32,000 bases of DNA from Nonlabens ponticola (GTDB lineage Bacteria > Bacteroidota > Bacteroidia > Flavobacteriales > Flavobacteriaceae). Each line of letters begins with the position of its first letter. The stretch's first letter is position 1. The notes below the pieces were generated by a model. The model made no database searches, was not told where the DNA came from, and saw nothing but the letters and a program-made list of their open reading frames with translations. Below are positions 17,392 through 26,248 of this stretch, in pieces. A program made the translations under genes and the position numbers. The stretch spans positions 1,920,001 to 1,952,000 of the forward strand of contig NZ_CP034549.1 in the NCBI RefSeq assembly GCF_003966335.1. The letters run 5' to 3'.

Positions 17392-18720
17392 ATGAAAAAA
17401 TTAGCATTACACTGGCAAATATTAATCGGGATGACCGCTGGAATCATCTTTGGTTTCATCATGGTGCAGCCATCTTGGGGTCCTGAATTTGTAGCAGATT
17501 GGATCAATCCATTCGGTACCATATTTGTCAATTTGCTCAAGCTTATTGCAGTGCCACTTATTCTAGCCTCCTTGATCAAAGGAATTTCTGATCTTAAGGA
17601 TATTGCGAAATTCCGCAACATGGGATTACGTACTATTATCATTTACATAGCAACCACGATAATTGCTATAACACTAGGATTAGGACTGGTTAATTTATTG
17701 AATCCTGGTTCAGGAATCTCTCAAGACACCATCGAGAATTTGAGTTCAACCTATGAGGGTAATTCAAACATCGCAGGCAAATTAGCCACCGCAGCAGCGC
17801 AAAAAGATGCAGGGCCACTACAAGCTCTAGTAGATATGGTTCCAGATAATGCTGTCGCTGCCATGTCTAATAACAGCCTTATGCTACAGGTGATTTTCTT
17901 CGCCATATTTCTAGGTATTTCCATGCTATTAATAGGTGAGGATCGAGCGAAACCACTTAAAGATTTCTTTGATTCACTCAATGATGTAGTGCTTAAAATG
18001 GTGGATCTGATTATGCTCACGGCTCCTTTTGCGGTGTTTGCACTACTTGCTAATGTGGTTGTAAGTGCTGACGATCCAGAGATCCTTCTGGCATTATTAT
18101 TCTATGCAGGAACCGTTGTTTTGGGATTACTGTGTATGATTGCGGTTTACTGTTTGATATTTTGGTTTTATGTGGGTAAATCACCACTATGGTTTCTCAA
18201 TAAGATTGCACCAGCTCAATTACTTGCATTCTCAACCAGCTCCAGTGCTGCCACCTTACCTGTCACCATGGAACGTGTTGAGGAACACATGGGCGTTGAG
18301 AAAGAGGTTGCCAGTTTCGTATTACCAGTAGGTGCGACCATTAACATGGACGGTACAAGTTTGTATCAGGCAGTTGCAGCCGTATTCGTATGTCAAGCAT
18401 TGGGAATTGATCTTACGTTGGGCGCACAACTAACTATCATTCTAACGGCTTTACTAGCATCCATAGGTAGTGCCGCGGTTCCTGGTGCTGGTATGGTGAT
18501 GCTGGTTATCGTGTTGGAGTCCATCGATTTTCCTGCTGAGCTTCTTCCAGTCGCACTAGCGCTCATCTTTGCGGTAGATCGACCTCTAGACATGCTACGC
18601 ACCACAGTCAATGTGACTGGTGATGCAACGGTTGCTTCGGTGGTGGCAAAATCGCTGGGCAAATTCGGCGAGCCAGATGTGAAGGATTGGGATGATAATC
18701 TTGATGAAGTTACTTCATAG
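17392..18720 (+). CDS. Dicarboxylate/amino acid:cation symporter (DAACS; GltP/GltT-like glutamate/aspartate or C4-dicarboxylate transporter)
   Basis: 442 aa and polytopic. Family-typical blocks: AFSTSSSAATLPVTM, PVGATINMDGTSLYQ, DRPLDMLRTTVNVTGDA. Confidence 0.85.
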   Translation: MKKLALHWQILIGMTAGIIFGFIMVQPSWGPEFVADWINPFGTIFVNLLKLIAVPLILASLIKGISDLKDIAKFRNMGLRTIIIYIATTIIAITLGLGLVNLLNPGSGISQDTIENLSSTYEGNSNIAGKLATAAAQKDAGPLQALVDMVPDNAVAAMSNNSLMLQVIFFAIFLGISMLLIGEDRAKPLKDFFDSLNDVVLKMVDLIMLTAPFAVFALLANVVVSADDPEILLALLFYAGTVVLGLLCMIAVYCLIFWFYVGKSPLWFLNKIAPAQLLAFSTSSSAATLPVTMERVEEHMGVEKEVASFVLPVGATINMDGTSLYQAVAAVFVCQALGIDLTLGAQLTIILTALLASIGSAAVPGAGMVMLVIVLESIDFPAELLPVALALIFAVDRPLDMLRTTVNVTGDATVASVVAKSLGKFGEPDVKDWDDNLDEVTS

Positions 18721-18755
18721 AAGTCGCAATTGATATGCGGTAATGCTTGATGTAA

Positions 18756-18777
18756 TTACGCTTTCGCGAAAGCGTAA
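18756..18777. repeat. Dispersed palindromic element, copy 7 (perfect 22-bp TTACGCTTTCGCGAAAGCGTAA)
   Basis: It lies 35 nt after the symporter stop and 106 nt before the ATP-grasp gene start. Confidence 0.95.
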
Positions 18778-18883
18778 CTATCAACAATCTACCTGCACAA
18801 TCCTGTAAAATCATTGCATTTACTTAACAGGTCTTACTAGTATTTATTCATAGTTTGCGCGTACCAACCAATACCTAGACTCT

Positions 18884-19915
18884 ATGAATGTTTGTTTTAT
18901 CATGTATCCATGGGAAGAAATCGTGCCAGAAAACGACACGACTCTTGCCTTAATCCACGAGTGCGTTAAGCGCGGTCATACCGTTGCTATCGCGACTCCT
19001 GCAAACTTGACAATACGTGATAGTATTGCTTATGCGTTTTCTAAAGTATTGCGCAGAATGGATAAGGTGCCTGCGCAACTCAAATCATTCTATAAACGTG
19101 CGGAACTTAAGGAAAAAATGTTGCCGCTGGCAGGATTTGATGTGATCATGATGAGAGCAAATCCACCACTGGATCCTATCGCGCTCAATTTTCTGGACAG
19201 TGTTAAGGATGATACGTTTATCGTAAATGATATAGAAGGATTGCGCAAAGCAAATAACAAACTCTATACGGCATGTTTTGATGATCCTGATAACACGATC
19301 ATACCACGTACGCATGTTTCTAAAAACAAAGAGTACCTAAAATCTGTCATTAAGGAAAACCCTAGAGATCGTATGATTATGAAGCCATTAAATGGTTTTG
19401 GCGGTAGTGGCGTGATCATGATTGAGAAAAACGCGATGCACAATGTGAACTCTCTCATGGATTTTTACATTGATAATAAGGACGGTACAACCAACTATAT
19501 CATTTTGCAGGACTATATCGAGGGCGCAGAACAAGGCGACTCTCGTATTCTGTTGTTAAATGGTCAACCTATAGGCGCTGTACGACGTGTTCCAGGTAGT
19601 GAAGATCATAGATCAAACATAAGCGCTGGTGGTACTTTTGAAAGGCACGTGCTCAATAAAGCGGAAAAAGCATTGTGCCGCAAAATAGGGCAGAAGCTCG
19701 TTGATGACGGCTTGTACTTTGTAGGTATAGACGTAATCAACGGCATGCTGGTAGAGGTAAATGTAATGTCGCCAGGCGGCATTACCTACATCAATAAAGT
19801 AAGCAAGGTCAAGTTGCAAGAGAAAGTGATTGACTTTTTTGAAGATAAAACGGAAGAACAAGTAAAAGCCTTGCACCGCAAGACCAAATTAAAAAATAGC
19901 CTTATCGATGAATAA
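18884..19915 (+). CDS. Glutathione-synthetase-like (GshB/RimK superfamily) ATP-grasp ligase; substrate unknown
   Basis: 343 aa, colinear by eye with prokaryotic GshB. Blocks: FDVIMMRANPPLD, IVNDIEGLRKANNKLYT, MIMKPLNGFGGSGV, GDSRILLLNGQPIG, HRSNISAGG, LYFVGIDVINGMLVEVNVMSPGG. Confidence 0.75.
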   Translation: MNVCFIMYPWEEIVPENDTTLALIHECVKRGHTVAIATPANLTIRDSIAYAFSKVLRRMDKVPAQLKSFYKRAELKEKMLPLAGFDVIMMRANPPLDPIALNFLDSVKDDTFIVNDIEGLRKANNKLYTACFDDPDNTIIPRTHVSKNKEYLKSVIKENPRDRMIMKPLNGFGGSGVIMIEKNAMHNVNSLMDFYIDNKDGTTNYIILQDYIEGAEQGDSRILLLNGQPIGAVRRVPGSEDHRSNISAGGTFERHVLNKAEKALCRKIGQKLVDDGLYFVGIDVINGMLVEVNVMSPGGITYINKVSKVKLQEKVIDFFEDKTEEQVKALHRKTKLKNSLIDE

Positions 19916-20747
19916 AATGTCCATCAGAGAAATCCTGCGCAAGATCGAGAACGAAGAAATTTTTCATGCCGTGGCAGATGATTACTCATTCTCTATAAAA
20001 ATTGATGATTACGTTCCCTATGCTTGTGCGGCGATTCACGATGGTCACAACTTCAGTAAAGATCTGTGGTCTAACTGTTTGCATACTGCCCACGATCGCT
20101 GGTATGAGGAAGATCCTGCGACCGGCACCATGATTTCATCTTTACCCATTACCATTATCTCTCACGATAGCAGGTTTGAATACGACCTTAATCGATCACC
20201 TGAAGATGCTATTTATGATACCGCTTGGGGCAAGAAATTATGGAAACATCCATTGAGTGATGATCTTAAACAACGTGCACTTGATAAGCATGAGGCATTT
20301 TATCGAGTCGTGTTGCAGCTTATTGTGAAGTTGGAAGAACTATTTGGTAGTGTTGTTTTTTATGATCTACATTCTTATAACAAGAATCGCTGGGATCGAG
20401 AGGTTCCCGTTTTTAATTTAGGAACATCAAATGTCGATCAAAATGAATACAGACAAGCGATTGAGCAATGGCAGGAATTTTTGAACAAAATGACCTTGCC
20501 AATTGACCAAAAGGTAACCTGTGCAATCAATGATGTCTTTCAGGGCAATGGATTCTTTTTGAAATATATTACTGATAACTCTGTAAACTCGTTAGTTCTC
20601 GCGACTGAGGTTTCTAAAATCTACTGCGATGAAGATACAGGTGTGATATATCCAGAGGTTGTACATGCATTAAGCGATCAACTCAAGTATTACATACAAT
20701 CGCATGCCCATCGATTTTATGACAGACACCACACACAAGATTTTTAG
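19908..20747 (+). CDS. N-formylglutamate amidohydrolase (FGase) family hydrolase
   Basis: 279 aa. AAIHDGHNF, SHDSRFEYDLNRSPEDA and VVFYDLHSY resemble the FGase metal/catalytic motifs. It overlaps the upstream gene by 8 nt; an alternative ATG is at 19917. Confidence 0.6.
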   Translation: MNKMSIREILRKIENEEIFHAVADDYSFSIKIDDYVPYACAAIHDGHNFSKDLWSNCLHTAHDRWYEEDPATGTMISSLPITIISHDSRFEYDLNRSPEDAIYDTAWGKKLWKHPLSDDLKQRALDKHEAFYRVVLQLIVKLEELFGSVVFYDLHSYNKNRWDREVPVFNLGTSNVDQNEYRQAIEQWQEFLNKMTLPIDQKVTCAINDVFQGNGFFLKYITDNSVNSLVLATEVSKIYCDEDTGVIYPEVVHALSDQLKYYIQSHAHRFYDRHHTQDF

Positions 20748-20752
20748 TATTT

Positions 20753-21916
20753 ATGAATGATGCAGTGAGAGAAGAGTACCAGGTGGTACTTGACATTGAT
20801 GATAATATTAATAGACTGGTACGCAATTTGGAATTGCTGGCATTTATCAATCCGTTGAATATAGCTGCGGAGCGTAAGCAATTTTACCGCGCAAAATACC
20901 GATACAACCCACAATTCAAGTATCGTAAGGTGCGATTTGATACCTATAAGCTACATCGCTTATTCTACAGCCAGCGATTAAAGGATATTCAGGATGATCG
21001 ATTGAGAGAGTTATACAAGGATGTAATCTATACCTACAGTGGCTTATTACAATGTATTGAAAGCATAGCGCAGCCCGATAATAAATTCTATTTCAATAGT
21101 TTGCGATTTTATGGCACACCAACAGATCGCATGGTTGAAAATGCAAAATTCATACTGCATTACGAGTCTGACGTTCAGGAATCTGCCCAGTTTCAAAATA
21201 ACATCTCTACCCAAGATGCGATTGAATTTTTCAATGAGTACAAGCGTTTGTATTCCTTTGATTTTGATATAAAGACCAGTAGTGCGATGAGCGCCAGTGC
21301 CATGGTTTCTAATAAGGATCAGCGGTTAATTCTTAAGAAAAATCATTTATTCTCACAGCACCAACTCAATGTGTTGGCGCATCACGAGATAGGTGTGCAC
21401 CTAGTGACAACCTTTAATGCAGACGCACAACCGTTGAAGATTTTCAGCAATGGTTTTCCCAATAATGTAGAGACCCAAGAAGGCCTCGCTGTCTATGCAG
21501 AATATATGAGCGGCAACCTAACGCTCACCAGACTCAAAGAGCTTGCTTATAGGGTTATCGCAACCGATAGCTTGATCAAAGGCAATGACTTCATGGAAAC
21601 ATTTGACCTCATTCACGGCCATTACAAATTAGATCGAGATAAGGCTTTCAACATCACGTTGCGAACGCATCGTGGTGGCGGTTTTACTAAGGATGCTTTA
21701 TATCTTTCTGGCTTGCAAAAAGTATATAGCAGGCACCAACAGGACATCGGTATGGATCACATACTGTTAGGTAAATGTTCTATTGAATATGAAGACACGG
21801 TCAAGTACATGGAACAATTGGGTCTTGTTACACCTATGGCTCATCAATCGTTATCATTGCAAAACAACCACAACACAGACAAGCGTGTAGAGTGGATTTT
21901 AAATAATTTGAAGTAG
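20753..21916 (+). CDS. DUF1704 / QEGLA-motif protein (annotated in databases as flavohemoglobin expression-modulating QEGLA motif protein); putative gluzincin-type metallopeptidase
   Basis: 387 aa. It has an HExxxH-type motif (LAHHEIGVHLVT) and the eponymous ETQEGLAVYAEY. It starts 5 nt after the FGase stop. Confidence 0.7.
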   Translation: MNDAVREEYQVVLDIDDNINRLVRNLELLAFINPLNIAAERKQFYRAKYRYNPQFKYRKVRFDTYKLHRLFYSQRLKDIQDDRLRELYKDVIYTYSGLLQCIESIAQPDNKFYFNSLRFYGTPTDRMVENAKFILHYESDVQESAQFQNNISTQDAIEFFNEYKRLYSFDFDIKTSSAMSASAMVSNKDQRLILKKNHLFSQHQLNVLAHHEIGVHLVTTFNADAQPLKIFSNGFPNNVETQEGLAVYAEYMSGNLTLTRLKELAYRVIATDSLIKGNDFMETFDLIHGHYKLDRDKAFNITLRTHRGGGFTKDALYLSGLQKVYSRHQQDIGMDHILLGKCSIEYEDTVKYMEQLGLVTPMAHQSLSLQNNHNTDKRVEWILNNLK

Positions 21917-21942
21917 ATTTTATTCACCCAGCTATTAGGTTG

Positions 21943-21964
21943 TTACGCTTTCGCGAAAGCGTAA
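21943..21964. repeat. Dispersed palindromic element, copy 8 (perfect 22-bp TTACGCTTTCGCGAAAGCGTAA)
   Basis: Identical to copy 7. It lies 26 nt after the DUF1704 stop and 28 nt before the phnA ATG. Confidence 0.95.
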
Positions 21965-21992
21965 TCATCAAACTACATTATACCAACAAACC

Positions 21993-22565
21993 ATGTCAGA
22001 TCAATTAAAAGACTTACAGGAACGATCAGAAAATCAATGTGAATTGTGTTCTTCTCGAGAATCCTTGCTCATATACGAGATTCCTGATTCACCTGCTGAT
22101 GTGAAGGATACGAGCATTTTGGCATGCAGTACCTGTGTAGATCAATTGACAGATGCAAATCAAGTGCAGCCCAATCACTGGCGTGCTCTTAATGATAGTA
22201 TGTGGAGCACCGTGCCAGCCGTCCAGGTAGTTGCTTACCGCATGTTGCATCAGCTTAAGAATGAAGGCTGGCCAGCAGATTTACTCGATATGATGTATCT
22301 AGAAGATGATGTTAAAAATTGGGCTGAAGCCGGCATTCAACGCGGTCCAAAAATGATACATCGCGACTCAAACGGTCATGTACTAACCAAAGGCGATAGC
22401 ATCGTGCTCATCAAAGATCTTGATGTGAAAGGTGCCAACTTTACAGCAAAGCGCGGTACAGCAGTTCGTAATATTTCACTGGTTCATGACAATGAGAATC
22501 ACATTGAAGGTAAAGTTAATGGTCAACACATTGTGATACTGACGCAGTACGTGAAGAAAAGCTAG
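21993..22565 (+). CDS. phnA: PhnA family protein (zinc-ribbon N-terminus plus PhnA C-terminal domain)
   Basis: 190 aa. CELCSS...CSTC zinc ribbon. The C-terminal block DSNGHVLTKGDSIVLIKDLDVKGANFTAKRGTAVRNISLV...IEGKVNGQHIVILTQYVKK is typical of PhnA. Confidence 0.75.
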   Translation: MSDQLKDLQERSENQCELCSSRESLLIYEIPDSPADVKDTSILACSTCVDQLTDANQVQPNHWRALNDSMWSTVPAVQVVAYRMLHQLKNEGWPADLLDMMYLEDDVKNWAEAGIQRGPKMIHRDSNGHVLTKGDSIVLIKDLDVKGANFTAKRGTAVRNISLVHDNENHIEGKVNGQHIVILTQYVKKS

Positions 22566-24247
22566 TGAGCGTATCGCCTTTTGCGCAACGCGATAAATAA
22601 GGCACCAAATCCAAAGACCAATAGAATAGGAGCAACAATGTTCAGGAGCTGCCATAAGATACGTTGATCATAGGATCGCTCCACGTCCAGAAAGGCTATT
22701 TGATAATCCTTATTACGTAGATTGATCAATCCGTCATCGGCAAGGATGGAATTAACTACATTGAGCAAAAATTCCTTGTTGCCATAAAGCTGTCCAGTTC
22801 TCAAGTCATATCCTAGATCCAGCGGTTGTCCTCTATCTACTTGATTCTTCATAATATCGCCATCAGCACTTAGGAATATGCAGCTGTAATTGCTTTGATC
22901 TTTATGATCTGGATTGTCGAACGGCTTGACTCTATTTTTGAAGGCGCTTGTAAAATTACCTTGAGATATAACCGACAGTATCTGACTGTCTGATTGATAG
23001 TTATCCGGGTTGATGTCACGCTCTAGTTCAGATAGGGATATAGCGGTTGGCAAGGTGACAACTCGGGTGTTTTCACTGCTTGAAAGCAAAATTTGTTTTC
23101 GGTTTGAACTGTTCAACGTGTCGATGCTGCCTGTGTATTCAAACTTGACTTCTTCAAGATTTTTGGTAATGGCGATATCCTGACTACCTGAAGCGATAGG
23201 GTAGTACGGCCATTTAAATGCCTCGTATTGTGTATTCCTACCTTGACCTGTGGCAAGTGCGATTGGACCGCTCTGCAAGTCTTTAATCAATCCCTTTTTA
23301 AGCCGCAATCCATAACGGAATAGCATCTCGTCAAGGTTGAGATCTCTGGGTAGCGCATAAGCTGTTTGTTGCTCATTTGCTAGGCTATCATTTTCCATAA
23401 TGATTGGATCAGCAGCGAGTAGCAAATTACCTCCATTCATCAAGTATTGATCTAGAATGTAGTTTTTGGTTTGTGAGAAAGCTATCGTTGGTTTGGCCTC
23501 GATAACAAGATCATATTGATTCAATGCGTTGAGTACTTGTCTAGGTTGGACGCTGTCGCTCGTGGTTACAAACTCAATTCCAAACGGTGCTACTTTATAA
23601 TAGGCCTGCAGTGATCTTATAAAATCTGCTATTTGCAAATCACTCAATTCACCGCTATCGCGCAATATGGCGATGGACTTCTCTTTCTCTCTAGAAACCT
23701 TGCGCAAACCATCAATTAATTGATATTCCAGCTGCTGAATACTGGAATTTACGCGTTGTTCAGTTGTCGATCTTGCTACCGACTTTAACAGCGGTATCGC
23801 CGTACGTTTACCATCGTAGGCAATAATAGCATAAGGAAAAACAACGATATTAGTTTCTTTTCCTTGATCTAGAATGGTTGTTCTCGCAGCTTGCACGCCT
23901 TCACGAGCCAACTGTTGGATTACTTGATTACGCTCTTGCTCGTTAAGACCTTCGGTAGGATCTATAAATTCATATTTCAACTCTGGATGCTCATTACTCA
24001 TCTCTTCCAGCAACTGTCGTGTTTCTTGCTTAAGTTTCAAGAACTCTGCAGGTAACTCGCCATCCAGGAATACGTCTATAAGAATTGGCAGCTCTGCATC
24101 ATTCAAGTAATCTAGAGCTGTTGATGATAGCGTGTAGCGGTCATCGTCTGTCATGTCAATGCGTTCATAAAACTGCGTTGACAGCAAATTGACTAGAATC
24201 AATCCTGCTACCAGTAATACAAGCTTTTTGATCATTGACCTATTCAT
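22562..24247 (-). CDS. gldG: Gliding motility-associated ABC transporter substrate-binding/accessory protein GldG
   Basis: 561 aa. N- and C-terminal TM anchors, the N-terminal ERIDMTDDDRYTLS motif, and a position immediately downstream of gldF. Confidence 0.8.
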   Translation of the reverse strand: MNRSMIKKLVLLVAGLILVNLLSTQFYERIDMTDDDRYTLSSTALDYLNDAELPILIDVFLDGELPAEFLKLKQETRQLLEEMSNEHPELKYEFIDPTEGLNEQERNQVIQQLAREGVQAARTTILDQGKETNIVVFPYAIIAYDGKRTAIPLLKSVARSTTEQRVNSSIQQLEYQLIDGLRKVSREKEKSIAILRDSGELSDLQIADFIRSLQAYYKVAPFGIEFVTTSDSVQPRQVLNALNQYDLVIEAKPTIAFSQTKNYILDQYLMNGGNLLLAADPIIMENDSLANEQQTAYALPRDLNLDEMLFRYGLRLKKGLIKDLQSGPIALATGQGRNTQYEAFKWPYYPIASGSQDIAITKNLEEVKFEYTGSIDTLNSSNRKQILLSSSENTRVVTLPTAISLSELERDINPDNYQSDSQILSVISQGNFTSAFKNRVKPFDNPDHKDQSNYSCIFLSADGDIMKNQVDRGQPLDLGYDLRTGQLYGNKEFLLNVVNSILADDGLINLRNKDYQIAFLDVERSYDQRILWQLLNIVAPILLVFGFGALFIALRKRRYAH

Positions 24248-24972
24248 GACTTATCAATACTGTTTTCAAGAGTAAAAACTCCTAGTAAATAGAAAAAAGC
24301 TGCAACACTTATAAAGTAAATAAGATCTCGTGTGTCAATAACGCCGCGCGCCATACTTTCATAATGGTACTTCATGCCTAATGCAGTAACCGTATTGTCT
24401 GTATTCAAATAACCAGCAATACCTTCAAATCCAAAGTAGAAGAAAAAGCAAATTACCGCTGCTAATAGAAATGCCACGATTTGATTATAAGCGATGATGC
24501 TACACCAAATGGCGATCGCGATAAATATTAACGAAGACAATATTGCTCCTAGATAGCCACTGATGGTACTTCCAGTATCCAGATTGAAACTTTGCTCACC
24601 TAAAATTCCAATGCTAATTACATAAATTAAGGTTGGAATCAACGCAAAAAGGACAAGTGTGAAAACCGCCAAGTATTTTCCTAAAACTAATTGCCATGCA
24701 GCAATTGGCCTTGTAATGAGTAATTCTAGTGTTCCCAACTCTCTTTCCGCAGTGAAAGATCGCATACACACGGCAGGAATCAAGAAGATAAACAACCAAG
24801 GCAACAACATAAAAAACGGAGTCATATCTGCAAAGCCATAATTAAGCAGATTGCTGTCGCTGTCCATGACAAAGGTCATCAATCCACTCACAAGCAGGAA
24901 CAAGGCAATAATCAGGTAGCCAGTCAGCGTACTGAAGTATCCCTTAAGTTCCTTGAAGTAGATCGCTATCAT
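24244..24972 (-). CDS. gldF: Gliding motility-associated ABC transporter permease GldF
   Basis: 242 aa with about 6 TM segments (ABC-2 type permease). N-terminus MIAIYFKELKGYFSTLTGYL. There is a 4-nt overlap with gldG. Confidence 0.8.
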   Translation of the reverse strand: MIAIYFKELKGYFSTLTGYLIIALFLLVSGLMTFVMDSDSNLLNYGFADMTPFFMLLPWLFIFLIPAVCMRSFTAERELGTLELLITRPIAAWQLVLGKYLAVFTLVLFALIPTLIYVISIGILGEQSFNLDTGSTISGYLGAILSSLIFIAIAIWCSIIAYNQIVAFLLAAVICFFFYFGFEGIAGYLNTDNTVTALGMKYHYESMARGVIDTRDLIYFISVAAFFYLLGVFTLENSIDKS

Positions 24973-25265
24973 TTTAAGATCTGGATTTTGTTTACCGTAT
25001 TGGCACTGGCAGGTTGTGAGAACATAGCCTTGGTTTTAGGCCAGATTTCCTTAAATAACGAGCTGTGTCGGTAATTATTGAGGTCATTTTCCGTATTCCA
25101 GTAGCTGTAAGTAAAAAATACGGTCTCATCGTGGGCATCCTGATACAGTTCTAGCAACGAGCAACCGGTCTGTTTGCGTATATCATCTTTGATCTCGTCA
25201 AACATGGTCTTGAAATCTTCAACTTTATCCTGCTCAAAATGCATTTTTACAATACGTGTAATCAT
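24969..25265 (-). CDS. Antibiotic biosynthesis monooxygenase (ABM) domain protein
   Basis: 98 aa. Ferredoxin-like ABM pattern (IVKMHF...FKTMFDEI...GCSLLELYQD....FFTYSYWNTENDLNNYRHS..F). Confidence 0.6.
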   Translation of the reverse strand: MITRIVKMHFEQDKVEDFKTMFDEIKDDIRKQTGCSLLELYQDAHDETVFFTYSYWNTENDLNNYRHSSLFKEIWPKTKAMFSQPASANTVNKIQILK

Positions 25266-26098
25266 GATGCATTAAAATTTATAACTACTGGTGTGTCTAG
25301 ACGCAAACCAAATAACGTACTCGCGCTTCCTACCGTCAGTGGATTTGATTTATAGGTAGCGATTTCTATAAATCCTGCGGTATTAAATATAACCAAACCT
25401 CGACCATCAACATCGCGCTTTGCTACCGGTGTATCAAATTTTACAATGTCACTATATCGATTAAAGATTTGCTTGTGTTTCTCGCTGCGAGCCGATAATT
25501 CAAACGAGCGACCGCGACCTACACTTTCAAATAATTCACGATTGATATTGGTGACACTATTGCCATAATTATCAATATAAATAACTTGACCATTGATGTA
25601 GCTCTTATTCTCAGACACGGTAGGATGGATGCCCGATATATTTTTAAGGCTTTTAATGGGTTTTCCTATTACTTCAAGAGTACCGCCACGAGCGATGTGA
25701 CAAGCGGTTTTGACAAATACATCTAACGTAGTAAAGTTTGACGAGATACGGTCGTGTATGTTAATCTCCACCATGCGCTCTGCGTTGAGTTTACTCATTA
25801 TAAGGCACAGGACACCATTATCAGCACATATAAAATAATGATCGTTCAATTTTACGGCAACATGCTTGTTTTCTACCGTATGTTCTGCATCAACACCTAT
25901 TATGTGAATAGAACCTTTAGGAAATGATGAATAGGCATTTTGAATGATGTAAGCTGCCTCAGCGATATGAAATGGTGAAACGTCGTGTGAGATATCAACA
26001 ACATTTACCTGTTCCAACTCATTGTAGATAGCTCCTTTAACGGCACCAACATAGGGATCTTTCCATCCAAAATCTGTCGTCAAAGTTATTACGGCCAT
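25262..26098 (-). CDS. SAM hydrolase / SAM hydroxide adenosyltransferase family protein (DUF62; fluorinase/chlorinase-related)
   Basis: 278 aa. The N-terminus ITLTTDFGWKDPYVGAVKGAIY is characteristic of the family. Confidence 0.75.
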   Translation of the reverse strand: MAVITLTTDFGWKDPYVGAVKGAIYNELEQVNVVDISHDVSPFHIAEAAYIIQNAYSSFPKGSIHIIGVDAEHTVENKHVAVKLNDHYFICADNGVLCLIMSKLNAERMVEINIHDRISSNFTTLDVFVKTACHIARGGTLEVIGKPIKSLKNISGIHPTVSENKSYINGQVIYIDNYGNSVTNINRELFESVGRGRSFELSARSEKHKQIFNRYSDIVKFDTPVAKRDVDGRGLVIFNTAGFIEIATYKSNPLTVGSASTLFGLRLDTPVVINFNAS

Positions 26099-26248
26099 GC
26101 GGTAACCTGCGGTTGTTGATTAATTCGATATTAATTAAGAAAATAGCATTGGGGCAACTAGCCTATATTTCTTACTTTCATACAGCACATGTGTGCTTGA
26201 ACAAAACTAAAAAATAATAGACGCAATAAGTCACTTAATTCACCGCAT

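Noticed and set aside
15435-19876. Track ORFs 15435-15662, 16393-16581, 16499-16855, 16647-16862, 17388-17642, 17751-18020, 18393-18662, 19085-19315, 19264-19458 and 19613-19876.
   Set aside because: They are shadow ORFs overlapping TonB_C paralogue 3, aroC, the DAACS symporter and the ATP-grasp gene. The host CDSs have strong family signatures.
18884-19915. Calling this gene plain glutathione synthetase (gshB).
   Set aside because: Similarity to GshB is clear. However, there is no gshA nearby, and the gene is translationally coupled to an FGase-fold hydrolase and a DUF1704 protein. I therefore left the gene symbol empty and the substrate unknown.
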